From Chthoniobacteraceae bacterium (GTDB taxonomy: Bacteria > Verrucomicrobiota > Verrucomicrobiia > Chthoniobacterales > Chthoniobacteraceae): a DNA stretch of 46,412 nucleotides. Location: positions 1 to 46,412 of the forward strand of contig JANNXQ010000075.1 of the NCBI GenBank assembly GCA_031409655.1. Reading direction: 5' to 3'. The notes below the pieces were generated by a model that was not told the DNA's origin, made no database searches, and was given only the letters and a program-made list of their open reading frames with translations. A program made the translations under genes and the position numbers. Every line of letters begins with the position of its first letter. Within the stretch, counting starts at the first letter, position 1. Shown piece by piece: positions 20,084-28,160 of this stretch.

Positions 20084-21550
20084 CTACGCGGGTTCGGCGG
20101 CGTAGGCGGCGGTCTCGAACCGGGTGAACTCCTTGAGGAAGGTGAGCGGGACATCCCCGGTCGGACCGTTACGTTGCTTGGCGATGATCAGGGTGGCCTT
20201 GCCTTCGGTGTCCTTTTTCTCGTCGTCGCTATCAGCGTAGTACTCCTCGCGCACGAGCAGACCGACGAGGTCGGCGTCCTGCTCGATGGACCCGGATTCA
20301 CGGAGATCGCTGAGGCGGGGGCGGCCTTTGGCTTCACCAGTGCGCGACTCGGGATTGCGGTTCAGCTGGGCGAGCACGACGACGGCGATATCGAGCTCCT
20401 TGGCGAGGGCCTTGAGGCCGTTGGAAATTTCTGCGATTTCGATCTGCCGATTGTCTTGCGCGCGGCGGGAGGTGGAGCGCAGGAGCTGCAGGTAGTCGAT
20501 GAAGATGGCGTCGATGTTGTGCTGGCTCTTGAGCCGGCGCGCCTTGGCACGCAGCTCGAGAATGCTCAGGCTCGGCGTGTCATCGATGAACATCTTGCTC
20601 TCGGCGAGCTTCGAGGCAGCGGCGGTCAGCACCGGGAAATCGCGCTCGGTGAGGAAGCCGTCGCGCACCTTTTTCAAGTTCACCCTGGCGCGCGAGCAGA
20701 GGAGACGCTGGATGAGTTGCTGGGTGCTCATTTCCAGGCTGAAGACGGCGATGGGGAGCTTCAAGTCCACCGCGAGATGCTCGGCAATGTTCATCGCCAA
20801 GGCAGTCTTTCCCATCGAAGGTCGCGCAGCGATGACCACCATTTCCTGCCGGTGCAGGCCTTGCGTCATCTGGTCGAAAGTGGTGAAGCCAGTGGCAAAA
20901 CCGGGGAGCTGGCCGCGGTTTTCGTAGAGCTTCTCGATTTGGTGAATGGCCTCCATGACTTGGTCGGTCATGCTCGCTTCCTTCGCGCGGAAGCGGCCCT
21001 GGGCAATCTGAAAGATCTTCCCCTCCACATCGTCGAGAAGCGTGGAGGCTTCCTCCTGAGGATCGTAGGAACGCGCGGCGTATTCGGTGCAGACGCGGAT
21101 GATTTCGCGCAGCGTGTATTTCTCCTGGACGATTTCGACGTAGTAGCCAGCGTTCGCCGCGGTGGGCAGGAACGTGTAGAGATGGGTGATGAAGGCGGGC
21201 CCGCCAGCCTGATCCAGCGCGCCGCGATCCCGCAGGAACTGGCAGAGCGTGATGAAGTCGATGGGGACAGTTTTGTCCCACATTTCCATCAGCGCCGCAT
21301 AGACGATGGCGTGCGCCGGGATGTGGAAATATTCCGCGCCGATCCCCTTTTCCCCGCAGAGGCTGCCGATCTCGCGGGGCGAGAGCAGGAAAGACGAGAG
21401 GACGCCCTGCTCGGCGTCCGACGCCTGCGGCAATAACCGGTGAATATCCGGTAGGTATGTCGTCTTTTGCTGAAGGTCCGCTCTCGCCGGACCTCCCGCT
21501 TTTTTCGCGGGCTTCGCTTTGCTACTGCTGGAAGCCTCGTCGTCTGGCAT
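20084..21550 (-). CDS. dnaB: Replicative DNA helicase
   Basis: AARPSMGKT, FSLEM, IDYLQL, LAQLNR, DLRESGSIEQDAD, KQRNGPTG. Confidence 0.97.
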   Translation of the reverse strand: MPDDEASSSSKAKPAKKAGGPARADLQQKTTYLPDIHRLLPQASDAEQGVLSSFLLSPREIGSLCGEKGIGAEYFHIPAHAIVYAALMEMWDKTVPIDFITLCQFLRDRGALDQAGGPAFITHLYTFLPTAANAGYYVEIVQEKYTLREIIRVCTEYAARSYDPQEEASTLLDDVEGKIFQIAQGRFRAKEASMTDQVMEAIHQIEKLYENRGQLPGFATGFTTFDQMTQGLHRQEMVVIAARPSMGKTALAMNIAEHLAVDLKLPIAVFSLEMSTQQLIQRLLCSRARVNLKKVRDGFLTERDFPVLTAAASKLAESKMFIDDTPSLSILELRAKARRLKSQHNIDAIFIDYLQLLRSTSRRAQDNRQIEIAEISNGLKALAKELDIAVVVLAQLNRNPESRTGEAKGRPRLSDLRESGSIEQDADLVGLLVREEYYADSDDEKKDTEGKATLIIAKQRNGPTGDVPLTFLKEFTRFETAAYAAEPA

Positions 21551-21583
21551 AGGTGCAAGCCGCAGCCCTGCTGCGGCGGCGGT

Positions 21584-22132
21584 TTACTTGGAGTGCTTGG
21601 CCTTGGGCTTGGATTTAAAACCCTTCTCCTCGGCTGCTTCCTCAGCCTTGGTGCCTTCCGCACCCTCAGCACCTTTCGCCTTCACGATGAGGTTCAGCTT
21701 TGCGACCACGTCATGATGCAGCTTGATGATCACTTCGTGCTCGCCAGTTTCCTTGATCGGACGCTCGAGGTGGATGCGATGACGATCGATCTCGGTCGAA
21801 CCGCCGAGTTCCTTCTTGAGCCGCTCCGCGAGATCGGCCGCAGTGATGGAACCGAAGGCCTTGCCAGTCGCACCGGTCTCAATCTCGATGGTGACTTTGA
21901 GTTTGTTGATGCGGCGCGCCAATTCGTCCGCCTCGTTGAGTTCCTTTGCTTCACGCTCGGCGCGCTTGGCCTTGAGATTATTGATGCGCTTGAGCGAGCC
22001 AGCGGTGACTTCGAGCGCCTTGCCCTGGGGCACGAGAAAGTTCCGTGCGTAGCCGCGCTTGACCTTCACGATGTCGGCTTCAGCGCCAAGGTGGTCGATC
22101 TTTTCGGTGAGGATGATTTCAGTGGTGGCCAT
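21584..22132 (-). CDS. rplI: 50S ribosomal protein L9
   Basis: MATTEIIL...VKVKRGYARNFLVP...GKAFGSIT; start ATG 22132; rplI-dnaB order. Confidence 0.96.
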   Translation of the reverse strand: MATTEIILTEKIDHLGAEADIVKVKRGYARNFLVPQGKALEVTAGSLKRINNLKAKRAEREAKELNEADELARRINKLKVTIEIETGATGKAFGSITAADLAERLKKELGGSTEIDRHRIHLERPIKETGEHEVIIKLHHDVVAKLNLIVKAKGAEGAEGTKAEEAAEEKGFKSKPKAKHSK

Positions 22133-22321
22133 AGGAAAGTGGGAATGCCCGGCGGATGCGGGAGGCTGTTGGTACCGCACGGGATGAGGTGTGTCAACCT
22201 CGCTGGCGGAAAAGCGCAGAAGCTCATTTCGCCGCGAAGTCCGCGCGTCGCGCTGATCCACGCGCCAACGCTCGATCCGAACCACTCCTCGATCGCGTTG
22301 CCAATTTTCGTGACGAAATGT

Positions 22322-22350
22322 TTGCCACGTTTTCGGAACGATGCTTTGAT
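22322..22350 (+). promoter_or_regulatory. Putative sigma70 promoter of tRNA-Arg
   Basis: TTGCCA-N17-TTTGAT, 26 bp upstream of the tRNA; same TTG..N17..TTTxxT layout as the tRNA-Ser promoter. Confidence 0.45.
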
Positions 22351-22376
22351 CCCTCTCCCGATTCACGGATCGGAAA

Positions 22377-22453
22377 GCACTCGTAGCTCAATTGGATAGA
22401 GCATCTGACTACGGATCAGAAGGTTCCGCGTTCGAGTCGCGGCGAGTGCACCA
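22377..22453 (+). tRNA. tRNA-Arg(ACG)
   Basis: GCACTCG acceptor, TCTGA-CTACGGA-TCAGA anticodon arm, GTTCGAGTC, GAGTGCACCA. Confidence 0.97.
22408..22450 (+). repeat. att core (left copy, 3' part of tRNA-Arg)
   Basis: ACTACGGATCAGAAGGTTCCGCGTTCGAGTCGCGGCGAGTGCA identical to 28018-28060. Confidence 0.95.
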
Positions 22454-22500
22454 TTCCGGCTGAGGAACTTACGGCGGAGCCGGGCGGGTGCAGATTTCTT

Positions 22501-22523
22501 GCTTGGCCACCGCTTGGCCACTT
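22501..22523 (+). repeat. Integrase arm-type site pair (left)
   Basis: GCTTGGCCAC-C-GCTTGGCCACTT, 11-bp period; the same pair recurs at 27865-27887. Confidence 0.75.
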
Positions 22524-23054
22524 CCGCGACTCAAAGTAGCAATCCAGGTAGCAGCGGAGGGGGGGCGGGGGTCGCTGAATTACGGGACCGGGGGGCCAAT
22601 CGCGTTGGATTCGGACGCGCGACATGCTGACAAAGGCGACCGAGACGGCTGCCGATCGCCAACCCGGCCACGTCTCGCGATCATTTTCTGTGGATGGTTA
22701 AAAGAAGGCCGCAAAAAAAATGGGGCGGGAATCCACCAAGGGAGGAGGCGAATTGCACGGTCCTCCAGATAGTTCCCGGCGACGACCACCGCAGGCGCAG
22801 GAGCGAAGCGGGCGGAGACGACCGGACAAGCTTGATGGAGCACCAGCACCGGCCAGCGAGCGTGTGCAGGAGTCGCGGTTTGCACGTCTGACATGGGGGG
22901 CGCTACCTCCGGCGGTTCAAGACGATTCTACGGGCATCCTCGTGCGATCGCTGGAAATGGGTTTCGACCGCCAGCACTTTCACCAAAAAGCGAACGGCCC
23001 ACCCGAGCCTCTGCGATCTTGCTCCGAGCGAGCAAGGCCGGTGAGGATGGTGAG

Positions 23055-23390
23055 ATGAAGATGTTTCCCCTATTTGCATGCGCGGCGCTCGCGGGCTGTT
23101 CTACCGGTGTTGTGCCGGCCGGGCCGCAGACTTACATGATTTCAGCCTCGGTGCCGTTTGTGACGACGAGCGGTCCGGCCCGCGCGAAGGCTTATAAGCA
23201 GGCGGGCGAATGGTGCGCACGCCGCGGACTTGTGATGGTTCCAGTGTCAATCGACGCACAACCCGGTGTTCTTGGCCAGCGAGTGTCGGAGACAACGATG
23301 GTCTTCAGAGCGGTGCCGCCGGGAGATCGTGAGATCCAAAGACCCAATCTGGAAAAGCCCGATGTGATCCAGCGGGTGCAGTTGCGATGA
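23055..23390 (+). CDS. Small lipoprotein (element cargo 1)
   Basis: MKMFPLFACAALAGC lipobox; STGVVPAGPQTYMIS...AGEWC...FRAVPPGD resembles small phage/island lipoproteins. Confidence 0.75.
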   Translation: MKMFPLFACAALAGCSTGVVPAGPQTYMISASVPFVTTSGPARAKAYKQAGEWCARRGLVMVPVSIDAQPGVLGQRVSETTMVFRAVPPGDREIQRPNLEKPDVIQRVQLR

Positions 23391-23603
23391 CGAGGATACT
23401 TCTCGGTTCCGCCTTGCCCAACAACAACAGGAACCTGCCAGCTCCCGGCCAGCTACTGGCTCCCCCACTGGCTCCCCCATTAACTCTCCTATTGGCAGGC
23501 TGATTCGAGCGGGCTGACGGCGGCAGCGGGCGTCCAACGCAGCTTAAAACGGCGCGCCCGGAGATGACCTTGCTCCGGCCAGCGGAAACCGCAAGATGGG
23601 GGC

Positions 23604-24230
23604 GTGAAGAAAACCATTGCACTCGTCTTGTGTGCTGCGCTGCCGGGCTGCGGTCCGCCGCCCAAGACTGAAACGGAAAAACCTCAGTTCTCGAACGAGG
23701 AACTTCTTACCATGACTTTGGATTCGCATGACGACTATGCCGAGATCCTTGCCCTGCGCGGGCAGTTTGATTCGACTTCCGGGAGGCAGATTTTGAAGGC
23801 CTACGAGCAAATGCAGTCACCTTTAGCTTCGGTTCGCAAGACAGGAACAATGTTGGTGCCCGAGGAAACACCCACGGCAACTGCTCAAAGGCTAGCGCGC
23901 GAATTTGGGCGGCCAGTCGCCGACGTGGCAGCGCTGATCTTTGCGTTCAGCCAGCTCAACGTGATGGAAAAGCCAATCCAATCGGAACGCGGGCTTGTGG
24001 CGTTGAAGTATGGCGTTGCTGAGGAAGTTCATCGCGCTATCTGGCAAGCTTTCGTCAATCGCAGGGGCGGCATGTTGGGTTGGAAAGCTAGCGGTGGAAA
24101 ACTTCAGATTCCGCCACCGTCAAGCGAGCCGATGGAAACGACAGTAGCGAAGCTTGCGATCCAATTTAACCTGGACCAAGCAGCCGTGGTAGGCCTCATC
24201 GCCGACGACCTCCGCACCATGGAGAAATGA
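23604..24230 (+). CDS. Lipoprotein with internal two-fold helical repeat (element cargo 2)
   Basis: GTG start, MKKTIALVLCAALPGC lipobox; two similar helical segments. Confidence 0.75.
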   Translation: MKKTIALVLCAALPGCGPPPKTETEKPQFSNEELLTMTLDSHDDYAEILALRGQFDSTSGRQILKAYEQMQSPLASVRKTGTMLVPEETPTATAQRLAREFGRPVADVAALIFAFSQLNVMEKPIQSERGLVALKYGVAEEVHRAIWQAFVNRRGGMLGWKASGGKLQIPPPSSEPMETTVAKLAIQFNLDQAAVVGLIADDLRTMEK

Positions 24231-24449
24231 TGCATTACTGTGTGCGGGCGTATCGAGCACAGACGATCGAAGAATGACATCAATCCCCGGGTTCCAAAAT
24301 GGAAACCCGTGGGTTTCCAAATCTGAACCGAAATGAACCCGGCGGTTTCGTTCGGGAGGGCTTCCCAAGCCCTTCCCATCCCCATGCCAAGGGCTTCGGG
24401 GAGCGGTGAAGCCCTTGAGGGTCGCCGCTGCCCGCCGGCCAGGCCTCGG

Positions 24450-25295
24450 CTAAAAGGCAGCGTCTCGATAGGCGAGGGAAAATTGCGTGGCGGTGCAATG
24501 AATATCACTCCATTTGCGGACGAGAGCGGCTGGCGATCGCGGCAACAGGTCCGCCCAAAATCCAATACGGTGCTCGTCGAAGGGTTCGTCCTTCCTTGCT
24601 CGAGCTTCGCGGTAGAACCATTCGACATCCTTGATCTCGTCGTCGGTGATCGGATCCTGGCGATGGATTTCCAAAATGCACCGTCTGTCCTGCTTCGTCG
24701 GAGGTCGATGGGAGCATCCCTCATAGCACGGGAACAGCTTGCAGATTCGGCTCCAAAATCTTCCGACAAATTCGTCCTCCTCCACTCTCTCTCGAACGGA
24801 GTGAGCAGGGGAGAGAGTGGTAGGTTCAATTACCTTTTCTTCTTTAACAGTGCAGACCCGGATTTTCGGGACTGCGGTGTCCCGTGGCTTCGGGATTGCG
24901 GCGACCTTCACGAGCTCGAGATCTTGCGCCTTGGCGGTGAGGTGGACATACATCCGACCAGTGCGGGATTTCTTCGGCAGGATGATGCCCCAGCGGGAGA
25001 GGTCTGCAATCAGGGAACCCATTCGATTGATGTGGGTCTTCAGAACTACTTTTCGCCGGAAGATCATGGGATTCTGCTCAATCGCGGTCTTGTAGTCGAT
25101 CCATGTGAACTCCGTCCCGTCGCGAGTGATTCGATTCGCGTTCGGGTAGAACCGCCATCCGCGTATCCAATCGAGGAGCATCGCATGCTCCGGTTTGAAC
25201 ACGTCCAGCAGACCGAGCGCCGCAATGGCGTCCTGGTTGATGTGGTAGGTCCGCTTGATCGAAGCCGACTCAGCGGCGATGGCCGGGGCGTTCAT
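24450..25295 (-). CDS. Phage-type replication initiator-like protein (N-terminal winged helix)
   Basis: LLDWIRGW...DGTEFTWIDYK...LIADLSRWGII (wHTH-like), low-complexity linker (KEEKVIEPTT), helical C-domain; coupled to the Xis-like gene. Confidence 0.6.
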   Translation of the reverse strand: MNAPAIAAESASIKRTYHINQDAIAALGLLDVFKPEHAMLLDWIRGWRFYPNANRITRDGTEFTWIDYKTAIEQNPMIFRRKVVLKTHINRMGSLIADLSRWGIILPKKSRTGRMYVHLTAKAQDLELVKVAAIPKPRDTAVPKIRVCTVKEEKVIEPTTLSPAHSVRERVEEDEFVGRFWSRICKLFPCYEGCSHRPPTKQDRRCILEIHRQDPITDDEIKDVEWFYREARARKDEPFDEHRIGFWADLLPRSPAALVRKWSDIHCTATQFSLAYRDAAF

Positions 25296-25513
25296 CGGGA
25301 TGCGACGATGTGGCCGTCGCGTTCGAGAGCTTCAATCGCGACGACCGGGATCAGCGTGCGGCGACCGACTTTCACCACAGCGAGCTTGCGCTGGCGTGCC
25401 CAGCGGCGGCAGCTCTCGGGGTGCCACTTCCACCGGGCGGCGAGTTCGCGTGGAGTGAGGTAGGTGGGTGGGGTTGCGAAGGGATCAGAGTCGGTGGGTG
25501 GAGTGATTTGCAT
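25292..25513 (-). CDS. Excisionase/HTH_17-like DNA-binding protein
   Basis: YLTPRELAARWKWHPESCRRWARQRKLAVVKVGRRTLIP. Confidence 0.85.
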   Translation of the reverse strand: MQITPPTDSDPFATPPTYLTPRELAARWKWHPESCRRWARQRKLAVVKVGRRTLIPVVAIEALERDGHIVASR

Positions 25514-25577
25514 ACGCCCATTGTGAAGGAGGCGATTGCATCCAGACCGGGGACAAATGCGCGCCGCTGCGCTCGCC

Positions 25578-26507
25578 TCACGTCCCCGATTTTGCCCGGT
25601 CCTTCCTCGGCGCCCGCAGATCGCGGATGTGCTTCTTCACCGTTTCGCGTTGCCGTGTGCGGTGAAGTTTCTCGCGAAGTTTCTCCGCCGATGGCGGTTT
25701 CTTCGGGTCGGTTTTGTAGGGCGGCAGTGCGCCGACCTTGACCAGCAGTTCGCGATGCTTCGCGGGCTTCCATCCGATCTTCTCATCGCCGGCCGCATTC
25801 TGCGCGATGACGATCGCACGGCGGGCGGTGCCCTGGGGACGGTAAAATTCGATCCAGTGCCGCATGATCGCACCCAAGAACTTCTTCAACGCGCTGGAAT
25901 CGCGGACCCACTGACGGCAGAATGCGGGGAGGATCTCGCGTGGAAGTGGTAACGCAGACAGCGTGACATCGGTCACGCTCCGAGCGTGACGCGAAACCTC
26001 GCCGCCCGGGGCGATTGCCGCGAACGCGCTGGCGTGGACGAACGCCCGCACCAGCCGATCGAGCTCGCGGAAGAATCGAGTTTCCGCCTCACGGTCTGCG
26101 AAGTGCCGCTCGATCCGGCGCCATTCCGCAGGCCGATACCGGACGGCATACGCGCGCCTCTTCTCAGGATCTACAGGGATGTCTCCCATCCCCTGGCCGA
26201 GGCGCTCAGCGCAGGCCAGTGTGAACCGGTGCAGCTCGTCACCATCGGCAGGAACGACTTTCACCGATTGCAGCGTCACCAACCCCGAGACGATCTCCCC
26301 GAAGTCGAAGGCGGCGTCCTCCCTCATCCGCTCGTCCTGGATTTTCGCGACGTGCTTCCACACTATCTCTTCGCAGAGTTCTTCGCCAATCTTGCCGGGC
26401 TGCCGCTGGTTCGTTCCAAGGATCGCAAACGCATCTTCGACTTCCTTCCGGCGCTTCCTGGAAGTCGTCGCGGTCTTGCTCCCCTTCTCCGTCTTCTTCG
26501 CGCTCAT
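25578..26507 (-). CDS. Hypothetical protein coupled to integrase
   Basis: 309 aa; ATGA overlap with the integrase stop; basic termini; no recognised motif. Confidence 0.7.
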   Translation of the reverse strand: MSAKKTEKGSKTATTSRKRRKEVEDAFAILGTNQRQPGKIGEELCEEIVWKHVAKIQDERMREDAAFDFGEIVSGLVTLQSVKVVPADGDELHRFTLACAERLGQGMGDIPVDPEKRRAYAVRYRPAEWRRIERHFADREAETRFFRELDRLVRAFVHASAFAAIAPGGEVSRHARSVTDVTLSALPLPREILPAFCRQWVRDSSALKKFLGAIMRHWIEFYRPQGTARRAIVIAQNAAGDEKIGWKPAKHRELLVKVGALPPYKTDPKKPPSAEKLREKLHRTRQRETVKKHIRDLRAPRKDRAKSGT

Positions 26508-27874
26508 GCGATGCGGGTTTCCGGCGCTGGCACTGCGCGGATCATGGGCTCAGTGAGAAGATCGCCGAATTCGAGGGCGATGCGGCCCCGGTTCGAGACG
26601 TAGTGTCCGGCAGTCGTCTGAATGTCGCGGTGCCGGAGGGCGGCGGAGGCAGCGTAGAGGCCGAAGCGGGCGTTCAGCATGGAGCCGAATTCCTTGCGGA
26701 GCACATGGAGCGGCTTTCGGTCCACAACGCCCTTCGCTCGCAACCACGCGTAGAGCCGCTCGAAGGTGGGCTCGGCACGGTAGTATTGCCCGCCGACATT
26801 ATCGCGATGCCGCCGCGGGCTGCCGATGACGAAGGCCGAGCGCGAGGAAGCCATGTGGTGACGCAGTTCGGTGGCGAGCGCGGGGTCGATCTCCACTTCC
26901 GCCGCAGACTCATCGCTTTTCAGTTCGGCATGCTCGGTGACGGCGAGTTGGATGATGTTTCTGCCGAAGTCGATTTGGTCCCAGCGCAGGGTGTCGATCT
27001 CCGCCTTCCGCAGGCCCGCTCCGATCGCGAGCAGGAACACGGCGTAGGCGTCAGCGTCGGCGTCGCGAAGTTCACGGCGCGCAGCAGCGATCAGCGCGGG
27101 CGCGTCGATCCGGCTGGCATACTTGGCCGGCGAGGGCTTCGAGAGCTTCAGCGTCGCGAACGGCAGCGGGTTTGGTAGCTCGATCTTCTCCGCCACGAAG
27201 CCAACGATCTTCGGGCTGAAGAGACTGCGCGCGCAGCGAAGATAGGAGTTCGCACTGCGCTCCGCGCTCTTACGGGCCGCAGGGTCCAGCGCCCGCTTCA
27301 TGAAGGCCACCTTCCACGCCTGGAGCTTGGCGGCGGTGATGTCAGCGAGGCGGACCGCATCGACACGCCCAAGCCAGCGATCGCGGCCCCCAGCACGGTA
27401 GTCGAATCTCTCTTTCCCGCCGTCGATGTGGCAGATGTCGGCGACGATCTTCCGCAGATAGCTGGCGTAGAGCTTGAAGGTCTTCTCCTTCCGCTCGAAG
27501 ACTCCCTCGGCGGCGGCGAGGTACTGGCTCACCGTCACCTTCGCGGCGGCGATCTTCGCGTCGAGCTTCGCCCGGCCGTACTTGGCCAGCGCATCGTCCC
27601 AAGGGTGCGCGATCACGTAGGCGTGAAGCTCAGCAGCGAGACGCGCGGCCTTCTCCTTATTGGCGGTGTGAAGGTTGAAACAATGGCGTCGTCCCCCCTT
27701 AGCAATCCGCACCGCGAGTTCAGGAACGTGATGGCGTTCACCGTCCCGCGTGTAGGTGGGATGGAAGAGGCGGGTTTTCCAGTAGCGGGTGTCATCAACG
27801 GGCGATCGTTTGGCTGCCAGACGCGGCGTTTCAGCGCCCACTGGCGAGTGGCCAAGCACGGGATGCTTGGCCAT
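26504..27874 (-). CDS. Tyrosine recombinase/integrase
   Basis: GLRKAE (R), LKSD (K), LHVLRK (HxxR), LRH (H), TAGHY (Y); start uncertain (27874 or 27919). Confidence 0.93.
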   Translation of the reverse strand: MAKHPVLGHSPVGAETPRLAAKRSPVDDTRYWKTRLFHPTYTRDGERHHVPELAVRIAKGGRRHCFNLHTANKEKAARLAAELHAYVIAHPWDDALAKYGRAKLDAKIAAAKVTVSQYLAAAEGVFERKEKTFKLYASYLRKIVADICHIDGGKERFDYRAGGRDRWLGRVDAVRLADITAAKLQAWKVAFMKRALDPAARKSAERSANSYLRCARSLFSPKIVGFVAEKIELPNPLPFATLKLSKPSPAKYASRIDAPALIAAARRELRDADADAYAVFLLAIGAGLRKAEIDTLRWDQIDFGRNIIQLAVTEHAELKSDESAAEVEIDPALATELRHHMASSRSAFVIGSPRRHRDNVGGQYYRAEPTFERLYAWLRAKGVVDRKPLHVLRKEFGSMLNARFGLYAASAALRHRDIQTTAGHYVSNRGRIALEFGDLLTEPMIRAVPAPETRIA

Positions 27875-27887
27875 TGCTTGGCCACTT
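27847..27887. repeat. Integrase arm-type sites (right): one inverted and two direct copies
   Basis: AGTGGCCAAGC (27847-27857, inverted), GCTTGGCCAT (27865-27874), GCTTGGCCACTT (27876-27887). Confidence 0.75.
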
Positions 27888-28017
27888 TTCGGGTTTGAAT
27901 GGGGTTTCTTCGGTTGCATGATGTTGGATGGTGTATTGCGTAACCGGCTCTTTTTCTTTTTCTTGGAGAGCGACTTAACGCAACTGTATGCAACCGGACC
28001 AAATCGACAAGGGTAAA

Positions 28018-28060
28018 ACTACGGATCAGAAGGTTCCGCGTTCGAGTCGCGGCGAGTGCA
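28018..28060 (+). repeat. att core (right copy; tRNA-Arg 3' fragment without CCA)
   Basis: 43-bp identity to 22408-22450. Confidence 0.95.
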
Positions 28061-28160
28061 TTTCTCCGGCAGGTTCGATTTGGAATGGCGCCGAGGCTCG
28101 CGGCGCATTTGGTGAACTTTCCCGCTTCCCCCGAGAGCTCGGGCTCTGGTATTCCCCGTC

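Larger units (their letters stand above)
22408..28060. mobile_element. tRNA-Arg-integrated minimal element (satellite-like / integrative replicon); predicted excised circle 5610 bp
   Basis: Perfect 43-bp direct repeats at both ends; tyrosine integrase, Xis-like HTH, Rep-like gene and arm-type repeats inside. Confidence 0.93.

Noticed and set aside
20084..21550. Intein in DnaB
   Set aside because: Length and motifs are continuous; the extra residues are only a short N-terminal extension.
21584..22366. 260-aa extended L9
   Set aside because: Homology begins at MATTEIIL (22132); the extension covers the divergent promoter region.
22580..23058. Short ORFs in the left arm of the element
   Set aside because: Overlapping candidates on both strands with no motif or convincing start; left uncalled.
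28018..28060. Second tRNA-Arg gene
   Set aside because: Only the 3' 43 nt; lacks the 5' half and CCA, so it is the att duplicate.
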